Below, one piece after another: positions 54,679 through 64,000 of a DNA stretch of 64,000 nucleotides; the stretch's first letter is position 1, and each line of letters opens with the position of its first letter. The position numbers and the translations under genes are program-made. Origin of the DNA: Antedon mediterranea (Eukaryota; Animalia; Echinodermata); contig NC_092673.1 in the NCBI RefSeq assembly GCF_964355755.1, positions 12,930,948 to 12,994,947 on the forward strand. Direction: 5' to 3'. The notes under the pieces were generated by a model that ran no database searches, was not told where the DNA came from, and worked only from the letters and a program-made list of their open reading frames with translations.

Positions 54679-56747
54679 CAGGCCCGTAACCAGGGGGGGA
54701 TCGGGGATCGGGGGATCGTACGATCCCCCCGCTGAACAGCGAGTTCCGCTTGGCCTCCCACTTTTTTTTTGCTGGGCATACTAACACAACATGACGATTG
54801 TTCACTACAGGCCTAGTCAAGCCTTAATAAATTTAATTAATATATATATATATATATATATTTTAACTAAAATATAAAAACCTAACACTAAAATTTACAA
54901 GATAAGTTCTATTTGATAACTGCTGAACATCGTGGTTCTGGAGCTAGCGAGCTGTACACAGAGCATAGTTGTTGTTTGGTTGACATAACAGGGTATTCCC
55001 CTACACAGATCTCCGCGTGCGTGTGTGACGTGCCCAGCCAGCTGCTTGATAGAGAAAGCATGCAGCTCACACGGACGCAAGTGCAAGATGCAATGGTTGA
55101 GTGAATTCAGGGATCATGTTAATTCCATGGTTTTTTACCTAAACACCACATGATGGTGAATATGCCTGTTAAAGTCTCAATGATACGATCCCTAATGTAC
55201 CATGTTGTTGCTAGGAGGCTTGAAAGGAGGAGGGATCTAGCCTAATTTCGGTCGGCAAGAGAATGCCGTCCTCTGACAATATAAGGTCGGCAATATTAGG
55301 GTCGGCAATTGAAATTTGTGGGCTGGAAATTACACCAACAATATAGTTCATAAACAAAAGAGAATAGCCGGAAATGCGATTTGCGGCCATAGGCCTATAG
55401 AGAAAAAAATGTCGAGGGTATGGTTCCAGTGGCGTATCTAGCGGGGGCGTATTTAAAAAAAAAATTAAATAGATTTTAAAAACACGTATCGTTTCGACGG
55501 TCATCAATCACCGATGGTTTGCACATTTTCATAGTGAAAATAGTACGTCGGAGCACATCGTCAGCTTGATCGCATTCCACCAAGCATGTACGTCGACATC
55601 CTTTGTGTACTATCAATCTCTAGCGTTACCAACAATCATTCACAGTTAAGTGTAAAAGGAGCAAGTTGATAAAAGCCACGTGGTGAGCTTGGTCGCGTTC
55701 CACTAAGCAGGTCGTCATCCTTTGTGATCGTCACTCCCGTATTGTAGAGTAGCGGTAGCTCAGACGATCAATGTTGATGAAGCCACATGGTCAGTGCTAC
55801 TATACTACGCGCCCATTTATTAAGTACAATAAAAACAAAGGCTAGGACTGTATGCCTATGAAAATTATCCCGTTAGGGCTAAATTTTATTAAAACGTATT
55901 AAGCCTACTATTAAAATATTAACAATGCTGCAGCATTTCATGACCCTTGTTGTTTTATTTGCTTTCCCGTCGATGATTCTCATAAACACATCGCGATGAC
56001 ATCATGACAAAAGAGGTGTTTTGTTTTTTTCAAATCACTAAATATAATGTAATCGAGCCGGACCGCTAATTTTTAAACGATCGTTTAAACCAGGTCGTTG
56101 AATATGCCGTGATTTTAATTGTAAAAAACATGACCGTCAGTCGATGGCTCGGAGTTTCGATAAATCTCGCGTCGCATGTGTTGCGTGGTGAAAACACTCT
56201 CAGCAAGTTTGCTTCATTAATATGCATGAGACTCTGTGACGACCCGCTTTAACGTGACGTCATTTTACTTTAGCTGCATTCGAAGTATAGTGACCGCGAT
56301 CGACCCGGCGCGCGTGTAAAAAAATAATACCGGCCTAGGCTAGGACAAGTTTATAATATAACGGTGAAAAACATCGTCGCGTTGTAAAAATTTAGATGTA
56401 AAGTACAGGCAAGTTGTTAGCTTGCTTTTGGTACCCTAGGTAAGTATCAGCTGCATATTCCACATGTCGTAATTTGCGAGCTTTAGAGTGTTTGGTAAAT
56501 GACATTATGAGATGTTTGTAAATCGTTTTAAACGACTTACAATGCGCTAGAACGGCAAAAATTTCCAGGGGCCGTCGGCCCCTGGATCCCAACCGGGGGC
56601 CCTTGGCGGCCCCCTGGCCCCCAGCCAATGTTTGCTCGCTTCGCTCGCAAAGCTACGCCACCCCTATTTCAATATCCTGGATCCGCCCCTGGGTTCCACT
56701 AAACAACTTAACGATCCACCCCGCCGTCAAACCTGGTTACGGCCCTG
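54679..56747. mobile_element. CAG-ended non-autonomous element with 5-bp TSD (TAACA)
   Basis: TAACA|CAGGCCCGTAACCAGG ... CCTGGTTACGGCCCTG|TAACA. Confidence 0.85.
55427..56691. mobile_element. Nested CAG-ended non-autonomous element with 5-bp TSD (GGTTC)
   Basis: GGTTC|CAGTGGCGTATCTAG ... CTGGATCCGCCCCTG|GGTTC. Confidence 0.85.
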
Positions 56748-57494
56748 TAACACAAATATAAATGGCACTGTTTCTGATGTAATGTTACTTCTTCAAAAAC
56801 GAACGTAATACAAAATTAAAATGAATATAATAGCGTATGAGAAATATTAATCTGTATCACAACGTACTTTAAACCTTTTATGTGCAACGTACTGTATACA
56901 ATCTTCTTGTTTAATTATTACTAACAATTTTGAGGTACTAAAATATTGTCTAGTATTGTAAAGTACATCAACACAAAACCTGATAGCTTCTATTTCTATG
57001 AAATGGATGAGTACTAATCAACTAATATACTTATAAGTTAAATAATAAATAAATAATAATAGGTATTTGTTCTTTTCTTCCAACGGTTGGCAGCAAATCA
57101 AGTAGTCAGACTTTCTAACACGTACACAAGATAACCAGTTTCTTGTCCCTCTAACAAAGTGCATGATGGGTTTCTGTCAAAGAAGCATCCTTGTAATCCA
57201 TCGTAAGACACCCACTCAGTACCATCTTTGATTATGCAGGTAAGATGTGACGAATTTTTCTCAACTTACCCCAATTCAATTGATTGGCTTGTTATGAACC
57301 TTGTAGGAATACCACATTCTTTATTGGAGCAATTGTTGCAAAGTCTTCGGTTCTTGGGAGTTGGTTTTATACGTTTCCATTCACCGGGTGATAAAGAAAT
57401 AGTAAATTGTCGAGGCGACGTTGCACTGTACATACATGGCGATGTGTTTTTAGTATCTTTATTTTGAGATTGTGTGTTTTCTTTATCAAAATTA

Positions 57495-60400
57495 CGCCAA
57501 TTGTCGCTGCCTTTGGTTTCATTTTCATCTCAATTAATTCAATTTAACTTAACATTTATTTCTTCCTTCAAGAAAATGAGGTAAACATAATAAATTCCAG
57601 TGAAATATATAACAAGTCAATTGATGATAAAAAAAAGTATACATTTAATATTAGAGGAAGTAGGCATTGGTATGTTTTCTGGATGAGAATTACGCCAATC
57701 ATCCCTGCCTTTGGTTTCATTTTCATCTGATTATACCTCTAGTCAAACACAATCGTCGTTTGGTATTGGTATGTTTTCTGGATGAGAATTACGCCAATCA
57801 TCCCTGCCTTTGGTTTCATTTGCATCTGATGATACATCTAGTGAATCACAATCGTCGTTTGGCATTGGTGTGTTTTCTGGATGAGAATTACGCCAATTAT
57901 TCCTGCCTTTGGTTTCATTTTCATCTGATGATACCTCTAGTGAATCACAATCGCCGTTTGGCATTGGTATGTTTTCTGGATGAGAATTACGCCAATTGTC
58001 GCTGCCTTTGGTTTCATTTTCATCTGATGATACATCTAGTGAATCACAATCGTCGTTGGGCATTGGTATGTTTTCTGGATGAGAATTACGCCAATCATCC
58101 CTGCCTTTGGTTTCATTTTCATCTGATGACACATCTAGTGAATCACAATCGTCATTGGGCATTGGTATGTTTTCTGAATGAGAATTACGCTAATCATCCC
58201 TGCCTTTGGTTTCATTTTTATCTGATGATACTTCTAGTGAATCATAATCGTCGTTTGGTACTGGTATGTTTTCTTGATGGAAATTACGCCAATCATGCCT
58301 TTGGTTTCATTTTCATCTGATGATACCTCTAGTGAATCACAATCTTCATTTGGTATTGGTATGTTTTCTTAATGGAAATTACACCAATCATCCCTGCCTT
58401 TGTTTTCCTTTTCATCTGATGATACCTCTAGTGAATCAGAATTATGCCAATCATTCCTGTGTTTGGCTTCATTTTCATCTGATGACACATCTAGTGAATC
58501 ATAATCGTTGTTTGGTACTGGTATATTTTCTGAATGAAAATTACGCCAATCATTGCTGCCGTTGGTTTCATTTTTATCTGATGATACATCTAGTGAATCA
58601 CAATCATCGTTTTGTAGTGGTATGTTTTCGTTATGAGAATTACGCCAATCATTGCTGCCGTTGGTTTCATTTTTATCTGATGATACATCTAGTGAATCAC
58701 AATCATCGTTTTGTACTGGTATGTTTTCGTTATGAGAATTACGCCAATCATTCCTGCCTTTGGTTTCATTTTTATCTGATGATACATCTAGTGAATCACA
58801 ATCATCGTTTGGTATTGGTATGTTTTCGTTATGAGAATTACGCCAATCATTCCTGCCTTTGGTTTCATTTTTATCTGATGATACCTCTAGTGAATCACAA
58901 TCTTCGTTTGGTATTGTTGGTATGTTTTCTTGATGGAAATTCATTCATTCATTCATTCATAATAACATTTATTTCTTATCATTTCAAAGTAAACAAAATA
59001 ACAATTTAAATATAAAGAATTAAGAGGCAACACCCAGAAAGTAATAACATTTGGAGGTTTCCCTCCAAAAAAACTTGTGACGGGTAGCCAGTTAAGAAAT
59101 TGTAATCATATTGGAGTTTAAACAAACAGAAACAAAACAAGACAAACAAACATGTATAAAGCAAGACAACGACAAATTAATAATAATAAAATACTATAGA
59201 AGCACAGAAAAACCAGAATAAAAATGTTGTTTTATTATTATTAGTTATTTATGGAGTAGAATTTGTTTAAGTTTAAAAGAAAATATATTTTTTGAAGGTG
59301 CCAATTTAATTTCGTCGGGGAGATCATTAGATAATTTGGTGCCACTATAGCGGATATTATGTTGCATTAATGTTAATTTGGTAAGGGGAGGGTGGAGATT
59401 ACAGGAGGATCTAGTTTTATGGGTATGAATGCTATTATTTTTTATAAAGTTGCAAGAAAGTTTGGTTGGAAGTAGACAGTTGACATGTTCATAGACGAAG
59501 GTGCATTGTTGGAGGATATTGATGTTTTGGACAGTTAATAATTTAAGGTCAGAGAAAAGCTCACTAGTGTGATCTAGGCGTGACGCACCAGAGATGAGGC
59601 GAATAGCTTTTTTTTGGAGAATAACAATTTTTTTGAGGTTTGAAACATAGTTGTTTGCCCAGACAATATTACAGTAAGAAATAAAAGTTAAAACAAGTGA
59701 ACAATAAATCATGCGAAGGACTTCTTTGGGCAAGTAAAATGAAAGACGATATAAAATTCCAATATTTTTCAAAATTTTAGTTTCGATTTCTTTAATGTGA
59801 TGTTTGAAGTTTAGTTCTTCGTCTATTTCTACTCCAAGAAATTTAGTATGCTTAACAAGAGGAATTTTGTGGGCAGCAAGGTAAACATTATGAGTGTCGT
59901 TAATCAAATCTTGGTGTCGAAAATCAAAAAGCATAAAATGGCATTTGTTAATATTTATTGAAAGCTTGTTTGCATTGAAATAATCGTTCACGTTCTTCAA
60001 TTCCCTATTAAAATTACGCCAATCATTCCTGCCTTTGGTTTCGTTTTCATCTGATGATACCTCTAGTGAATCACAATCTTCGTTTGGTATTGGTGGAAAT
60101 TACGCCAATCATCCCTGCCTTTGGTTTCATTTTCATCTGATGATACCTCTAGTGAATCACAATCTTCGTTTGGTATTGGTGGAAATTACGCCAATCATCC
60201 CTGCCTTTGGTTTCATTTTCATCTGATGATACCTCTAGTGAATCACAATCGTCGTTTGGCATTGGTATGTTTTCTTTATCAGAATTACGCCAATCATTCC
60301 TGTGTTTGGCTTCATTTTCATCTGATGACACATCTAGTGAATCATAATCGTCGTTTGGTACTGGTATATTTTTTGAATGAAAATTACGCCAATCATCGCT

Positions 60401-60660
60401 GCCTTTGGTTTCATTTTCATCTGATGATACCTCTAGTGAATCACAATCTTCGTTTGGTATTGGTATGTTTTCTTGGTGGAAATTACGCCAATCATCCCTG
60501 CCTTTGGTTTCATTTTCATCTGATGATACCTCTAGTGAATCACAATCGTCGTTTTGTACTGGTATATTTTCGTTATGAGAATTACGCCAATCATCGCTGT
60601 CATTGGCTTTATTTTCATCCGATGATACATCTAGTGAATCACAATCGTCGTTTGGTACTG
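57495..60660. repeat. 99-bp tandem repeat (some shorter variants), about 20 units, split by a LINE at 58940-60010
   Basis: Period 99 (57671 to 57770); minus strand encodes NDDCDSLDVSSDENETKGRDDWRNSHPENIPMP. Confidence 0.95.
58940..60010 (-). mobile_element. 5'-truncated CR1/L2-group LINE with (TGAA)n tail
   Basis: Open 251-aa ORF with NKLSININK, KFLGVEID..L.FK.HI, ISYCNIVWA, LQKKAIRLI, HTSELF, HKTRS; AATAAA followed by (TGAA)5 at the 3' end. Confidence 0.92.
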
Positions 60661-61565
60661 GTTGAATTACACCTTGTAATATACTACAATTTGGACACGT
60701 AAATGGATTTCGTTTGCTACATGGACTGTCCGTATACCCTACACAGTCAAATTGAAACCATTCACTGCAGACGTTACACTGAACATATGGTCTTCGATCA
60801 TTAGGTCGCTGACATATGCAATAAACTTTACGTTTCTTTTTCTTTTTTGATTTATTTTCCACCATTTTCCTTTTTCTTCATTTTTTTTCCATTGACTATA
60901 GATCCATTTCCGATTTAGAATTATATTTTTCATCTGCAATAAAACTGTTATCCGGCCCCATACGCTTGTTTCTGGTCTGTATCTTTCAAAATGAATGAGG
61001 TGTGTATTCGGCAGAGAAGTTAAAACTTTTACGAAGTCTTTTTTGGTAGTTTTTCGTAGTTTCATTTTTGTACCTAAAATTTTGATGTAAAAATAAAGAA
61101 AATGGAATATTAATCAAATGAAAGAAATATACACACACATTTAAGTTATAGTCAAATATTAGTAAAAAGGTTCATCTGGATCACTGTATAGTATATTAAA
61201 TAGTAAATTTTCTTTTGGATGATCCAAAAGAAAATTTACTATTTAATATATAGTCAAACACTTTTAGGGCTGATTTTCAGGCCGTAAATGATGTCGTTGG
61301 CGATCAAAATGTCTTATATGGTTCTAGATATTTTATTAAAATAACGTTAAATTTTGTAATATTAATTACGGTTGTAAATTCTTTATTCACGTTTAACGTG
61401 GTACTTTGAATTGTGGACGTCAAATTATGACAATATCAATAGGTCATATGCATAATAATGGCTACTTAAACTGATATGATGGTGAAAGTTTCCTAAATTA
61501 TCATCATCTACAGAAAAACTACTTTATAAATCACTTATTGAACCTTCATTTGAATTTTGTTCAGT

Positions 61566-63228
61566 TTTCTATTACTCAATATTCAACACACAGCACCAAC
61601 ACCAGAATTCTATTACTCAATATTCAACACACAGCACCAACACAAGAATTCTATTACTCAATATTCAACACACAGCACCAACACCAGAATTCTATTACTC
61701 AATATTCAACACACAGCACCAACACCAGAATTCTATTACAGTCAACTCTCCCAATACCGGACACCCTTGGGCGGGCATATATTTTCCGGTTTTTCGAAAG
61801 TCCGGTTTCCTGAAAACATATTTTTAAAGTCATCACGTTGTCACTGAAATTGCGTTGAATCACCGGTCCGAATGCTGCCCGGTACGGTCTAGTGTAGGGA
61901 AGGCCTAGGCTATGATGATTGTGTCAAGCTAGTGATAGGCCTAGGCCTACTTTATTAATATTATTACCTTTTTTAAAAGTTACATTATTTACTGTAGAGT
62001 ACCAATAAAACATGTTACAATAGTAAACTGTTTCTCAATGTGTTTTTAACGGCAAAAAGGCCTACGTACGTACGGTGAACATAATTTCGGTCTGTTTATT
62101 GTTTTTCGTGAGCTAGCTTGCAGCAGCAGCAGCATGGGTGATAAAAATAGCAAAGCGGGGCTTTGATTGATGCGCATGTGCAGAGGTGTCATAATCAAAT
62201 AAAAACGCCCACACCTAGACCACATGTTTTTTAAGCTCTTTTATTTTGATGTAATTTGATAGCAATGATGAAAATTGATTAGGTAAACGAGCCAAGCAAT
62301 AATGACACAATAATTAATTAGTAACATTTCAAAGTTTATTAACACTAGTTAAGTCAAGTTCATTCCGTTTTGCCATAATGATTTCCAAATTTATAATGAT
62401 GCACATTTTTAGTGAAACATTCCTATTTAAAGTCCTATTGCAATTGTGAATTTAACAATGATTTAAACAAAACAAAGACACAAAGTGGAATGTAAATTGA
62501 ACTTTATTAAAAAACAATTCATATGCTAAAAAACAGGGAGGGAGTTGTTAACAACTCCCTGCTAAAAACAATAGCGCTTCGATGTGAAAAATCCCACCGC
62601 AGTTCGATAGGCAACAAAGCAATTGCCGCTTCGTGGGTTAACAATGAACTGACCTGTCAATCACATTGTAGCGCTCCTTAGCAACATTATTTGATCGTAC
62701 CGCCAAAACGTCGCTCACTTCATGCATGGTCAGGGTATGGTTAAAAGCTTTTGTACATTGTGCATGTATTGAATCCGAGTCAGCGACAACGATGTTACGT
62801 TGTTTTTGTAAATATTTGGAGTTTTTTAACTGTCAGTCCGGTTTTCAGAGACTAATTTTCGTGTTTTGTACTTCATAATTTGTCCGGATTCCGGAATTGG
62901 GTATTCCGCTTTTCATAATAAATTACAGTACATTTAGAATAGGGACAAATTGGGCCCTCCAAAAAAGTCCGGTTTTTTGTGAATTCCGGTTTTGGGAGAG
63001 TCCGGTATTGGGAGAGTTGACTGTACTCAATATTCAACACACAGCACCAACACCAGAATTCTATTACTCAATATTCAACACACAGCACCAACACCAGAAT
63101 TCTATTACTCAATATTCAACACACAGCACCAACACCAGAATTCTATTACTCAATATTCAACACACAGCACCAACACTAGAATTCTATTACTCAATATTCA
63201 ACACACAGCACCAACACCAGAACTCTAT
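61566..63228 (+). repeat. 41-bp minisatellite (ATTACTCAATATTCAACACACAGCACCAACACCAGAATTCT), about 4+5 units, split by a MITE
   Basis: Directly visible; the register continues across the insertion. Confidence 0.95.
61739..63023. mobile_element. Tc1/mariner (pogo/Tigger-like) MITE with TA TSD
   Basis: TA|CAGTCAACTCTCCCAATACCGGA ... TCCGGTATTGGGAGAGTTGACTG|TA; TCCGG subterminal repeats. Confidence 0.93.
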
Positions 63229-64000
63229 GCGTCTAAAATAAGTTTTTACGCCCTAGCAGCATTGCCAAAACCTTCAAAACAAATTTATTCAATAAACGTT
63301 ACAAGAAAATATTAAACGTCAAACACACAAATATGTAAATTCTTGACATTTTATTGATGAATATTGGTAAAGTTGTACATATATATTTAGTATATTATAC
63401 TTTACTGACAAAAACCTGTGTGACCCTAATTGGTTTTTTTTTGGTAGGACAAGTTACTTAAAATGTGGGTAAAACCAGATTTAATAACGAATACATTTAG
63501 GTCTATTTTAAAATATATACGGTTAATACAACATTTAAAAGAAATTCAAAACAGATTAGGTAGGCAATTACCTATACTTTATTAACGTACAGTTTAACGT
63601 CCACGTGTGTCATTAATTTGTATTTGAAGTTCATCAAAATGAATGAAAATGATCACAAACGGTATGAAACCCAATATTCAAGTGCAAAATCGGTTTTTGA
63701 TTAAATTGCACAAAAAGCCAGACGCGCTGCACAATTTTGATATGTTTAAAATGAACGCAAACTTATATTTCTACAATAGGTTGATTAGAATTAGAACACT
63801 TATTGCATGGAAGTGATGGCTTAATTACCATGACCAGACTTAAACTTTTATTAATTAGAATAACAAAAACACATGTAAGAAGAACATGTAGGCCTTATGT
63901 TTACATTCATCGGATCAGTTATTTTCTTTTCGTAAAAATAAATATAAAAAAACCGATCTTCTCTTTAGCGAGTTAGTTATCCGTACGACAAACGCCAATG

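Larger units (their letters stand above)
57050..61065 (-). pseudogene. Disrupted PHD-finger gene with internal acidic 33-aa repeat, probably transposon-derived
   Basis: VYCICQRPNDRRPYVQCNVCSEWFQFDCVG..FTCPNC is a PHD finger with His replaced by Gln; the upstream ORF 61065-60739 joins by a frameshift in an A-run; FTISLSPGEWKRIKP lies downstream. Confidence 0.6.

Noticed and set aside
57667-60702. Plus-strand His/Cys-rich ORFs
   Set aside because: Antisense shadow of the 99-bp repeat; only the minus frame connects to a recognisable domain.
61566-63228. CRISPR-like array of 41-bp repeats
   Set aside because: Units are head-to-tail with no unique spacers, the context is eukaryotic, and there are no cas genes.

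Overview
AT-rich, intron-containing eukaryotic DNA, probably from a marine invertebrate (inference; the abundant TAGGCCTA low-complexity tracts look echinoderm-like). It consists almost entirely of nested transposable elements and tandem repeats, and I found no intact host gene. (1) 7.9-18.9 kb is a decayed cluster with SWIM/YqaJ exonuclease, Zisupton/KDZ-like CxC+SAP, three copies of a non-RD protein kinase, a 24-bp acidic minisatellite, a Penelope RT and DDE transposase remnants. (2) 19559-24303 is a structurally complete PIF/Harbinger transposon with TIRs, a CAG TSD, an open 3-exon Myb/SANT gene and a transposase carrying one frameshift. (3) 34.8-35.7 kb (- strand) is a disrupted exon, missed by the ORF track, encoding three tandem Link (Xlink)-like modules. 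(4) 40720-52732 is a 12-kb nested stack: a 6-bp-TSD CAG-ended element holds a hAT transposase gene, itself split by two insertions whose removal restores the frame, plus a Gypsy pol fragment. (5) 54.7-63.2 kb holds nested 5-bp-TSD MITEs, a PHD-finger ORF with a 99-bp coding repeat interrupted by a CR1/L2 LINE, and a pogo-like MITE inside a 41-bp minisatellite. All family assignments come from motif recognition by eye, not from database searches.
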